Shown here one piece after another: positions 1 to 10,272 of a stretch of DNA of 64,000 nt (within the stretch, counting starts at the first letter, position 1; each line of letters opens with the position of its first letter). The DNA is from Vezdaea acicularis. Its lineage: Eukaryota. The notes under the pieces were generated by a model that saw only the letters and a list, made by a program, of their open reading frames with translations, was not told the origin of the DNA and searched no databases. A program made the position numbers and the translations under genes. The stretch spans positions 1-64,000 of the forward strand of contig JAPEUI010000089.1 in the NCBI GenBank assembly GCA_026025075.1. Reading direction: 5' to 3'.

Positions 1-618
1 CCCTCCCCCCTCAAACTCCCCGCCCGCACCCCCTCGCTCACCCGCACGCCCTCCCTCAAATCCCCCCCCATCCGCCACGGGCCCATCCGGCTCAACCTCC
101 CACCCACGGACGACGCCAAGCGTGCCGCCCAGAACAGCGACTGGATCGCCTTTCAAATGGCCATCAGCGGGCCGACCGGCGACTACCTCCAAGGCGGCGA
201 CTCGCCCGTCGTCCTCGACGCCGAGCTCGCCGACGACCTCTGCGCCTGGTTCGGCAGCTACGGATACTCCTCCGAGGGCCGCTGGGTCGACCGCTACGAC
301 TGGCGCGACGCCCTGCCCGCCCCTGTCGAACTGCCCGGCTCTGACGTCTACACTCGCAGTTGGCGCAGCAGCTTCAGCAGCACCCAGAGCGCGGGGAGTA
401 GTTGTAGCGCTGGCAGCGTCGCGCCTGCCGCGGCGTCATCTGGTGCCGCGGATAAAGGGGATAAGCGCGGGAAGAAGCGGGAGAGCGCCATGAGCTGTAA
501 TCTGAATGATCTCAGCGACTTTCTCGGCTTCGATGTCGGCTGTAATGGGGCGTGGGACGACGATTGCGCGACCCCGATGGAGTTGGAGGCGCGGGAGTTG
601 ATGGGCGAATTGGCGTGA
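1..618 (+). CDS. 3' part of a fungal hypothetical protein (5' end lies outside the window)
   Basis: Frame 1 is open from base 1 (PSPLKLPARTP...HGPIRL...DWIAFQMAISG...MSCNLNDLSDFLGF) to TGA at 616-618, with strong C/G third-position codon bias. Confidence 0.7.
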   Translation, partial: PSPLKLPARTPSLTRTPSLKSPPIRHGPIRLNLPPTDDAKRAAQNSDWIAFQMAISGPTGDYLQGGDSPVVLDAELADDLCAWFGSYGYSSEGRWVDRYDWRDALPAPVELPGSDVYTRSWRSSFSSTQSAGSSCSAGSVAPAAASSGAADKGDKRGKKRESAMSCNLNDLSDFLGFDVGCNGAWDDDCATPMELEARELMGELA

Positions 619-3600
619 AGGGGGGTCCGGGGGGCACGTGGTTCCCGTTTCTCGCTTTGTATGATGGAAATGTGGGGTGGGGGGTTTATAGGAGTTTCTT
701 GTTTTTGAACGTTCGGGCAGAGCCCATGTTTGTGGGGTTGGAGCGGGACTCGGTTTTTTTGGTTGGGGGGGGCAAGGGGAGGCGGGGGAGAGGGCGGTTC
801 GAAGTGCGAATCTCGCGTGTCTTTCGAGTGGGACGGCGCGAAGGGGCATAGGGGATCGATACCGGTTGTGATCTAGATACTCGCCATAGTCGTAATAGGG
901 AAGCTGTCGTTTTCAATGACCACGCCTGCCCATACCTTTGTGACCACGTCGCCCATGGACAAATCCACATGAAAACCCCCTTTCGGAGCTAACCGCCATT
1001 CTGAAATGCAAACTTCCATCCCATAGCCGCCGAACCCGCCGAGGGATGAAGAGTGGCCCCGTGGAACGCCTTCCCAGCCCCCCGTATGTGTTGCGTGACG
1101 CCATCCTGGCCATTTCTGAAGCAAAACCCCCAAGAAACTCGTGACCATTGTGCGGAAAGCCGCTCCAGTGGGGGGGGCCTATTGCATGAACCCCCCTTTT
1201 CATTACGCCGGGTAGAGAAGATGTAATCTTGGCTGGCTGTCTCCAAGCGTGTGAGGCTGGATTTGACTGACTTGCAGCGTATGGAAAGGGGTTGGCGTAC
1301 TCGGAAGGGCTTCAGAGTATCATGCGGATCTGCAGCTGCTCTTTTATTCCTTCACTTGTTGGGATAAACACGCTGACGGTCTGACCAGGGGAAAGGTGAA
1401 AATAGCGGGAGATCATGAGTCGTGGGACCTTCATCAAAGAAAGAAGATGTTGAACTCATGATCAAGGGGGGACCTCCCAGAACGCAGCACCACCTGATCG
1501 ATGTACCACGCTCTACATCCAAAGGACATCCCGGATACTCATTTTCTTGAATGTGTTGCCGCTCTCCTAGGTATGCTTCGATCGGCGTTGAGGAAATCCT
1601 CAACAGACAATTGATATCCCGGGCAAGAGCGACTTGGCCATCGCCCGACAACAACGTCAAGCAAAGCGGCTTGCATGGGCTGGAGATTTGAATGGTCAGT
1701 ATACCAGGGAGGTCTCCTGGTTACGCCTGTCGGTCTTCAGAGCGGCCGAGAAGAGGTACAACATTTCTTCCTCGTGGCTTCGAACACTCTGCGGTTGACC
1801 ATGGAACACGTTTCTTTACGGCAGCGTTCACGCCAAGCTCGATCGCAAAGACAAGATCAGCGGACGACACGCTCTTATCGCAAGTGTTGCTGGGACGCAA
1901 CGGTGAACCATGGGTGAACGCAATCGCCGGCAAATCACTGATCTCCCTGATACTCGTATAGCCGCGGCGAGGGCATGTTTGCTCCAGTCTCCACTTTCGG
2001 CAGCAAGGTCTCATCCAACACGAGAACGGTCGGCGAATAAACACCACAGATCATACAGATCCCCCGACTGCATCTTGGGGGAAGGGGAGACATCCGCATG
2101 GTCTGGACGCGCCCAAGCAATCGTCAGAGCAGACACGGTGTTGCAAGAGAAGTGAGCACCGCAGTCCCGCCCACAAGCACGTCTTCGGTTTTCCTTCGCA
2201 CGGTTAGCCACAGCGTCACTTCGAGTGCAAGGCTTGGGCCCTTCGCCCCTTCTCCACGACAGCTTGCGGCTGAGAATGCAGACGGTCTGGGTCGGGAAAG
2301 AGTCCAGCCAGCGTCCGGCGCGAAGCGGCTCCCTGTCACGACGGCCCGTTGGGGAAATGGGGTCGCCGATCGGGCTGCGTAGCGGTGCTGCGCGGGCTCC
2401 GTTCGGGTCGCGCTGGGCAGGGGTAGGGCAGACGCTGGTAGGCTGCCCGGCCTCTGACAGGAAGCGCTGGCGAGAAGCCGCAGAACCCGACGATGACCCC
2501 ATCGCTCCCCACCGATGCAAGATGTGATTGCTCCTCGGTGGCAGATAACGGGCGCTGTTGTTGTTGCTATTGTGGGTGATCCGATATCGTCGTCCCTTGA
2601 GTTGGCAGCATGCGCCTTGGATGTTCGTTCGCGAATCCGAGCTTGGCTGCTGCGGACGCTTGGGACACTTGGGACAAGGGAGACGAGTCCCGTCGGCATC
2701 TTCCACAGCCATGGGAGCTCCGTGCGCCCGTTACTTGTCATCGTGCGCATTGGCCGGGCTAAGAAGGGACTCGCCGCGGTGGCTCCTTCCCTTCCTGATT
2801 CCGCCTCTTCCTCGCTCGTTCTTTCCCTCTTTCACCTTCTTCGGCGGTGGACTCCGGCCGATGACGCTGACGAGGGAGAAGACTGTGGCCCCATCCACCG
2901 CTGATTCGCACATTCCACGAGAGGGCGCCCGTGCGATGAAGGGGGGGCGTCTCTTACCTAACGCCTGGGATGGACGCTCCTCGCAGCTGCGCTCGACGTC
3001 GATCATCGCAAGCCTCCACGGCCATTCGGGGTCTGCGGTGCCCCTCTGTCGGAGTCCGAGTGGCGCCCAAGTGGGGACAGTGCCATGTACGCAATGCTGA
3101 GTCGAGCGTGGCTCTGCCTGCCGTCGCCGGCCACTCCCTGCCCCTCCGCCGCTTCTCGCGTCGTGCCGGGCTCGCCGCCCCTGCCCAATGCGGACATGTC
3201 GGACATGTCAGCTGCTCGTCGACTTCGTACCACCGGCTATAGTGCAACGGACCGCCAATGTCCTGGAGGGCAAGAGCGATGCCGCGCGATCACCGTCAGC
3301 GTTTCCTCCGGCATGTCTCGCATATCTCCCTCGTTCTTCTCGTTCTGGTCGTCTTTCTCGTCCCTCTTCATTCCGCTGGTCCCTCCTCTTGCATCATCTT
3401 GAATCCTTCGAGCTCATGCATCCGCCGTAGTGGTACATTCCTGTATCTCCCCCCTCCACATTCCTCGCTCTCCGCCCTTGCGTTGATGCCACTTCTCTTG
3501 AGCTACCTGCCACTTTCTCGCCTGTATCAACTTTCTCCATATCCTTCTCTGGAGGTTAGCACTTTTCTTCCCGTATCAAACAATGACATTCAAGAACCTC

Positions 3601-3682
3601 TTCAATTGGCGACAGTGCGTCTTGTAACCCCGTTTCTTCCGTGCCTCAACACATTGAGTGCTGACATGCGTCAAGGGCGAGG

Positions 3683-4174
3683 ATGGCACAGACCCCTCGA
3701 GACCCAGACAAAGACACGCGCCGGCGCCTCTCCGTCCGCGGTAGTTTCCGCCATATATTCTCCAAGTCGAAACCAGAGCCCACGGCCTCCGTGCCCCAGG
3801 GACCATACGTTCCCAAGCATGCTGCGCGAGACCATGAGAGGACGACCAACCCAAAGAGCTTGACCGAGCGCCACGAGGAGCGGACAAAGATGAGAGAAGG
3901 GCTGGCTCAACTCGAGCGTGAGCATGATGGCAGGGACAGCATGGCCCCCAAGCATCAGAGGATAGACTCGGGAGTTGCTGATATAGGCGCCATACTGCCA
4001 GTATCTACGGCTCCCGTCGCTGCCACGGTGGAAGAAGAAGACCCTTCCCTGGATGTAGACAACAGAAACCCCTTTCGGGATTCAGGGCTGGGCGAGGAGG
4101 AGTTGACGGCGTCCAAGCACGCCTCGTCGACCGTCAACCGGGAGTCGCTCGCTAATGCCCGCATCCCAGAGTGA
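3683..4174 (+). CDS. Small hypothetical protein (163 aa)
   Basis: ATG-to-TGA ORF preceded by a pyrimidine-rich 5' region. It has a YVPKHAARD motif resembling ones I recall in fungal hypothetical proteins. No function assignable. Confidence 0.5.
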   Translation: MAQTPRDPDKDTRRRLSVRGSFRHIFSKSKPEPTASVPQGPYVPKHAARDHERTTNPKSLTERHEERTKMREGLAQLEREHDGRDSMAPKHQRIDSGVADIGAILPVSTAPVAATVEEEDPSLDVDNRNPFRDSGLGEEELTASKHASSTVNRESLANARIPE

Positions 4175-4319
4175 CCTTATCAGCAGTCACAATTCCAACG
4201 AACGGTTCATCCACCGCCCCGCCTTTATCATAAGGCATTAGGTTTGGAGGTGGGAGGAAGCGACGGCGGAACGTTTCATTCCGGAATCCGGCGCTTGTTA
4301 ATTATGGAAGGGATGGATG

Positions 4320-4874
4320 CGTGGGGAGCTCCTGAAAACTTGAGGAGCTCTTGAAAACGTGAGGAGCTCTTGAAAACGTGGGGAGTTTTGAATAACGTGG
4401 GAAGCTCTTGAAAATGCGGGAAGCTTTTAAAAACGTGGGGAGCTCCTGAAAACGTGGGAAGCTCTTGAAAACGCGGGGAGTTCTTGATAACGTGGGAAGC
4501 TCTTGAAAACGTGGGAAGCTCTAAAAAACGTAGGGAGCTCTTGAAAACGTGGGAAGCTCTAAAAAACGTAGGGAGCTCTTGAAAATGTGAGGAGCTTCAG
4601 AAAACGTGGAGAGCTTTCGAATACGTGGAGAGCTCTTGAGAATGTGAGGAGCTTCAGAATACGTGGAGAGCTTTCGAATACGTGGAGAGCTTTCGAATAC
4701 GTGGAGAGCTTTCGAATACGTGGAGAGCTCTTGAGAACGTGGGGAGCTTTTGAAAACGTGGAGAGCTTTCGAATACGTGAAGAGCTCTTGAGAACGTGGG
4801 GAGCTTTTGAAAACGTGGAAAACTTTTGAATACGTGGAGAGCTCTTGAGAATTTGGGAAGCTCTTGAAAACGTG
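4320..4874. repeat. Minisatellite, 19-bp unit (consensus about GAAAACGTGGGRAGCTCTT), about 29 copies
   Basis: Directly visible periodicity: about 555 bp / 19. Variants include GAATACGTGGAGAGCTTTC. Each unit has ACGT and AGCT palindromic cores. Confidence 0.95.
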
Positions 4875-5024
4875 ACGAGGGCGAGAAGACATTATGCCCT
4901 AAAGAAATTTCACCCGCTCGCTTCGCCTCACCCTCCACGCTTCTGTGTGAGCTTTTGAACTTACGTCTTTGTTCGACGAATCTTTGTGGCTCCTCCCTCT
5001 ACAATTTCTTACCTTTTTCAGAAT

Positions 5025-5091
5025 CGTTCTTTCTAGAGCCCTCTACGCCTTCTCTCCCTCCCCACGTTTTCTAGAGCTCCCTACGTATTCA
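5025..5091 (-). repeat. Inverted, degenerate copies of the 19-bp minisatellite unit
   Basis: Reverse complement of 5058-5091 is TGAATACGTAGGGAGCTCTAGAAAACGTGGGGAG, i.e. two array units. A weaker unit lies at about 5027-5047. Confidence 0.8.
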
Positions 5092-5221
5092 GGGGGTGGA
5101 TATTTCATTGTTTTTTTAGGAATTTGCCTCCGCAAATTCCTGCTCACGTTCACGCAGTCTGCCACCACAGTCTTTTCGCCCCCCTGCAAGCCCATCATCG
5201 TATAGGTCAACTATACCAAAA

Positions 5222-8200
5222 ATGCCTTTTCTAAAGGGGGTAAATTGCCAAATAGAGGCTGGTTTTCCGTCGTCGGCACTCCTGGACGAGTATGGTACTA
5301 GCTACACTGATGATGATAACTACTCGGAGTCTTTTATAGCCGTCCCCAGAAACCCTGGCCAACTTTCCATTCGTGTTTACTCAAAAGGTTACGTCGCTCC
5401 TGGGCTGGCAGTTTTCATTTTCATCGACGGTAAATATCATGCAAACCGCAACAGAGTTAATCTAGCTCCCCCCAGTCCGTTTACCGTCAAACATGATACG
5501 GAGGCCCATTTTCTGTTCCGGCAGAAAGAAACATGGCTCAAAGACGGGCAGTGGCTAGGGCGTGGTTGGAGTTTTAAGCAGTTAAACGTTGGTAAGAAGC
5601 TTCCCACTTCTTTGGTTTGATGAAAGTTTCAGCTAAGTGAATTCGAAGCACCGTCAACAAGTGATGAAGAGCAAGATCTTGAACCAAAGGTGGACTTCAA
5701 TGAAATTGGAACCATAGAAATCGTGGTGCTTCGGTGTGAAGCACTAAAAACTACTCAAGTGCCCTCCAGGCCAAATCTTATTCCTACCACCTATAGGACG
5801 CAATCTCCGAAACCTCCCCCAACGTTCCAGCCTCAAGGGCCAGGTTCCTCAAACAAGCCTATTGGGCAATCTCAGTCTTCCTCAACACGTCAACAGAATA
5901 CCCCTAACACTCCCTCGAAAGAAGCAAAAACTCACAGGCAGGGCACAGGCAGAGCAGATGATCTTTCCGATTCTCGATTGGTTTTTGGTGGCTCAAGAAA
6001 GGATAGAGTTGTATGTCCCACTCAACTATATAAAATAAAAGCATCTTGTGGTCTTTGCTCACACAATCAAATAGGATGTATCATCTTCGAGTGAATGGAT
6101 CAAAGCGACCAAGAGCCATTTTTTCGATCTGAATCCCACTATTCCGAACCTTTTACCTTCCACTGCCAATCCGCAGGTATTCAAAGGCGGTTTTGTGGAA
6201 AGTGCAAGCGTCTCGAGCCAGGCTGGGACAAACCTCCCTATAATCCCTACCGGCTTTGACTTTGGAACGCTTCAAGCCTTCTCACGCTTAGCAGTCCCTG
6301 GAGCACCTAAGTCATTCATGAACGCTTACCAGTCTCCACCCCGATTACCTGCCTATATGGCTCAAGCAGGTCTAAGATATTTGACTGACCGTGATGAAGT
6401 TATGAAGCAATACAATAGTAATGCTCAGAGGAAGGCGAACAGTGACGATACTGATTCAGAGAGCGAGGACCCGTCTACAGCTGTAGTGCCGCTTCAATTC
6501 GAGTTTTCAGGCAAGTTTGATGGGCCCTCCGATGAGAAGGAGGACGACCCATGGGATTGGAATGACGCTTATGGAGGCAAGGCTGACGCCGACATAGATG
6601 ACTTTGCTAAAGATGGCAAGTCCCAGAAGGATTATGACTGGTATGGAAATAAGGATGAAACAAACGTGGAGTTTGCCGACGAAGATATTAGGTCCCAAAA
6701 GGGAGATATCTGGGGTAGTGGTGATACCGGTGGTAATAAGGATGAAACAAACGTGGAGTTCGCCAACGAAGATATCAGTTCCCAAAAGGGAGATATCTGG
6801 GGTAGCGGTGATGCCGGTGGCAATACCGCTGCCGAGGATCGTAGCAGCGGATGGGACAAAGCCCCAAGCGAGCCGGATTGGGCGAACAGCTACAAGAAAG
6901 CTGATGCTGAGAGCAACACGCAAAGACATGACAGCAAGCCAAGCGAGAACGCAAGCAAGCACTCCCGATCGCCTCCTCGACAGACAGATGGGGGCCGCAG
7001 CGCTACCAAAGGCGACCAAGGTGAATCTAGTAGCAAGGAGGTGAACGATGAACGTCTGTTGGGGGATTTTAGCGGTGAGTATTTCAACCATTCGTCTACG
7101 TACCTTTGTCCATTAGGGTATGCTGACTCTAGAGCAGCAGCAAACCGCGATAAGGAAGCTCCCTTCACTAGTGGCAAAGACCATCGCCGAAAAGACTCGT
7201 CATACAGCACTCGTTCGGCAAAAAAGCCAGCAGACTTGAAGATGACGGTGTCAAGCACCCAATCTAAAGATGGCAATCCTGATGGGTTTGGCGGTACTTC
7301 TGAAAAGGGCAACGACTATAATGCTGATTCTTATGGATTTGACGCTGGCGATAAATCCGGAGCGTCCAAAGACAACGTTACCAGCAAGGCCACCGACTAC
7401 ACTCCTGGGGCTCGCCATGATCGTAAGAAAGCCGGTGCAGCAGCGTACAGCCTAAGAAAGGGCAATACTGTTCGCAGATGTGACATTCCTGATCATACCA
7501 CTTTCGAGGTTGGTGATGACCCTCCGTTCAGCCCCAACTGGTCACCACGCCCACCCCGAACTAAACCGGAGGGCCCCGGTTTTGGAATAGCCAAACCATA
7601 CTGGACGAAGTGGGATCCAAATCTCGGTGCGGAAGAAGCCGCTGGTGTGGAAAAGAAGAAGACCGAGCCTGTTGCCCTCGTTGAGGAAGAACCATTGTAC
7701 ATGGTACCTCAGAAAACCGCCAAAGAACTAGGAATCACGCACCAAGTTCAGAGTGGGGAAGGTCGACTGTACCTCAAGTCGGCCAATACCCCGAAGTACC
7801 TCGACTCGTTCGAGGCTCCCCACGCTGCGTTCGTGTTCAAATATAGGTCGAAAGGTCAGCCTGATCGAGTGTACCTGCCCTCCCCGCAAGATTTGTACTG
7901 ATGCAGAGGTAGACACTATCGAGAAGCAGTTTGGCGTCACCATCAAGGAGCCGATGACGGAGGAGGAGCTTCTGGCGTCAATGTCCAAGGAGGCCTTGAT
8001 CAAGGAGATGCTCCGCATGAAGGTAAGATATACTGGAGGTCCCCTGTGATATTACAATCCATCTTCATGGAGCTCCCATCGTTGCAAGGCACCCTATCTT
8101 CATGGAGGTCTCCAGATGATATGGCGCCCTATTCACTTGGAGTTTCCGCCCTCTTTCATACCCCCCCATATATATTGCACTCTTCCCATCACTTGAACAC

Positions 8201-8373
8201 TGTTACTGACCAGTCACCAGAAGACGGGAAGCACCGAGCGCGCTCCGACCACCACAGAGAGGGTGGCGGAGTTGACGAGGAAGGTGTTTGGAGAGGCGGC
8301 GGCATGGACGCGAGCGCGGGAGGCCAGCGACAACGGCCTCGACCTCGGGAAGACGGTGCACCCCGGGAGGTAA
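5222..8373 (+). CDS. Multi-exon uncharacterised fungal protein with a long acidic/low-complexity middle
   Basis: ORFs 5222, 5690 and 6195 join in frame through GT-AG introns at about 5592-5648 and 6011-6074. Further introns at about 7076-7132, 7855-7907 and 8023-8220; stop TAA at 8371-8373. Globular-looking N-terminus (MPFLKGVNCQIE...EYGTSY...GLAVFIFIDGKY.ANRNR) and C-terminal YLDS...AAFVFKYRSK motif. Confidence 0.75.
6648..6821 (+). repeat. In-frame 87-bp tandem duplication (29 aa NKDETNVEFADEDIRSQKGDIWGSGDTGG x2)
   Basis: Units start at 6648 and 6735 and are near-identical at DNA and protein level. Confidence 0.95.
8034..8150. repeat. Degenerate 35-bp tandem repeat in the last intron (TGGAG..CC...TAT.TTCA)
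   Basis: TGGAG recurs at 8034, 8068, 8103 and 8138 (spacing 34/35/35) with shared flanks such as CCCTATCTTCA. Similar motifs occur again at about 8375-8430. Confidence 0.6.
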
Positions 8374-8598
8374 TGATGTGGTCCGCCCCCATTACTTCTG
8401 GAGGTGGCCCGTCTCTCCTGGAGTTCCTGTAGATTCGATAAAAGTTTTTTGTTTGCTGCCTCTGTTGGACTGCGTTGCTTTTTTAGTTAGAGAATGCATT
8501 TGATGCTTTTCCAATATGCTGTATTTGGGCACGTGACTTTGTACTCTTTCCGGACCTTGGTACATTATGGAACTTGGAGAAATTGAGAAATTGAGAAA

Positions 8599-9070
8599 TT
8601 TTTGAGTTCACGGGCGTTCGCCGAGAGAATGACTAAGTAGATTCCTCAAGTATATGGGCGTTTGCCGAGACAATAAGTCAGTAGATTCTTGGGTTTATGG
8701 GCGTTCGCCCGGAGAACGACTCAGTAAATTCTTGAGTATATGGGCGTTCGCCAGACAATAACTTGATCAAATTCTCAGGTATACGGGCGTTCGCCGAGAG
8801 AACAAGTAAGTAGAGTCTTGAGTATATGGGCGTTCGCCGAGAGAATGATTCAGTGAATTCTTGAGTATACGGGTGTTTGCCGAAGGAATATGCTGATATT
8901 TTCTCCAAGTATATAGGCGTTTGCCAAGAGAACAAGTAAGTAGAGTCTTGAGTATATGGGCGTTCGCCGAGAAAACAAGTAAGTAGAGTTTTGAGTATAT
9001 AGGTGTTTGCCGAGAGAACAAATGAGTAAATTCTCGAGTATATGAGCGTTCGCCGGGAAAACAAGTCATC
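8599..9070. repeat. Minisatellite, ~43-bp unit (TTCTTGAGTATATGGGCGTTCGCCGAGAGAA + ~12 variable nt), 11 copies
   Basis: The GGCGTTCGCC core recurs every 43-44 bp from about 8613 to about 9045. The linkers are related to each other (CAAGTAAGTAGA occurs three times). Confidence 0.95.
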
Positions 9071-9367
9071 AGGATTGATTCTAGCCGCTCCCTGCTCGTA
9101 CGTGTGAGGAGGTAGCGTACACGGGGTAGGGCCTATGTCTGTTCCGCCAAGGCATGGCGCTCTAGGTACCTTTACAAGCAAGAATATTTTCCGGCCCCTA
9201 TCCATAGTCAGTCCTAATCAACATCAATAGCCATGGGACAAGCGGTCAGCAGAAGGATGCAAATAGAAGTAAAAGTCTATCGCAGGGCTGGGAAAGATGA
9301 TAACTGGATAGCTCAAATGACAGGCCTAACAACCAGATCAGTCCGAACGCATGCCAAAGAGGACATG

Positions 9368-9649
9368 TGTTGTGGGACAGCAGGATAGGGGCAGGGAGTA
9401 GCGACGATATATACTAACAGACGCAGCTTCCTTATAGCGCCTGCCCATAGGAGCAGCGCTATGAGGCATGCGACTGCCCTGCAACGGACAGCGCTTACCG
9501 CGCTGTCCTGACCGGGCAGTCGTGATCGGGCACGTAATGACCCGTATATATAGCATATCCCCCTAGATAGAATGAATGCAACTCTTTCATCATAAAACCG
9601 TCCCAGGACGCCTTGTCCTTGCAGTGTCTGGACACCCCGTGCCCTGACA
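9368..9649. mobile_element. Solo LTR 1 (282 bp) inserted in the transposase
   Basis: TG...CA ends (TGTTGTGGG...CCCTGACA), 5-bp TSD ACATG at 9363-9367 and 9650-9654, internal TATATATA. Removal restores the frame (KEDM|PLTP). Confidence 0.85.
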
Positions 9650-9861
9650 ACATGCCACTTACTCCAAAAAAGAAATCAGGCCGAAGACCAACCATCAACA
9701 CTCCCTCTAGAGATAAGCTCTATGAGTGGATCAGTTCTTCTGCAGCCCGACGACGACTCACCTATAAGGAATTGGGGAAAGATCAAGAGTTAAAGGATTA
9801 CTTGGAGTTATCAGACGTTGGGCATTGGGCAATCAAAAAAGCTCTAGAAAAAGATGGTTAT

Positions 9862-10272
9862 TGTAAGGACAGGCCAGTGCTTCGTCAGGGAGCGAGGGTC
9901 TGTAGGCGTGTGAGCTAACTCCCAAGGAGTCAAGAACTTGCAGACGAAGACTAGGTGCAGTGATAGTACTGAGGCAAGGCAAGACGAGGCAAGGCAAGAT
10001 AGAAGAAAGGTCAGACGAAGCAAAGCGAGGATGCCTTCCTACTAGTTATTCAGATGAATAGATGAGTTGATTGCTGAAGAGCTATCTTAAGGGAAGCGGC
10101 AGCTCTAATAGCTACGCTTGTCTATGTCAGGTGATCTAAGAACCACCTGGCCTTATGCTAGGTGCTAGGGAGCTAGGCGAAGCAGAAGCGAAGCAGAAGC
10201 GAAGCTAGCCTCCTTACCCCTTATTCATCCCAAAAGACTTGATAGAAGCTAGGGGCTAGTACAGTCATTACA
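9862..10272. mobile_element. Solo LTR 2 (411 bp) inserted in the transposase
   Basis: Ends TGTAAGGAC...GTCATTACA (8/9 inverted match), 5-bp TSD GTTAT at 9857-9861 and 10273-10277. Removal restores the frame (KDGY|HRRVA). Confidence 0.9.

Noticed and set aside
640..3600. Many overlapping 80-230 aa ORFs in a GC-rich stretch
   Set aside because: No recognisable domain, no consistent codon bias, low-complexity R/P/S/A content. Probably UTR or intergenic, although a lncRNA cannot be excluded.
4521..4938. Repetitive ORFs in the 19-bp array (and ORFs 8678-9205 and 8767-9069 in the 43-bp array)
   Set aside because: Units are not multiples of three; the ORFs are by-products of stop-poor repeats.
8599..9070. 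CRISPR array (conserved palindromic repeat plus variable spacer)
   Set aside because: Linkers are only about 12 nt and related or identical to each other, repeats are degenerate, there are no cas genes, and the context is a fungal genome. Treated as a minisatellite.
9368..10272. The two inserts as introns, or as the paired LTRs of one retroelement
   Set aside because: They have TG...CA rather than GT...AG ends, each has its own 5-bp TSD, and they are not similar to each other.
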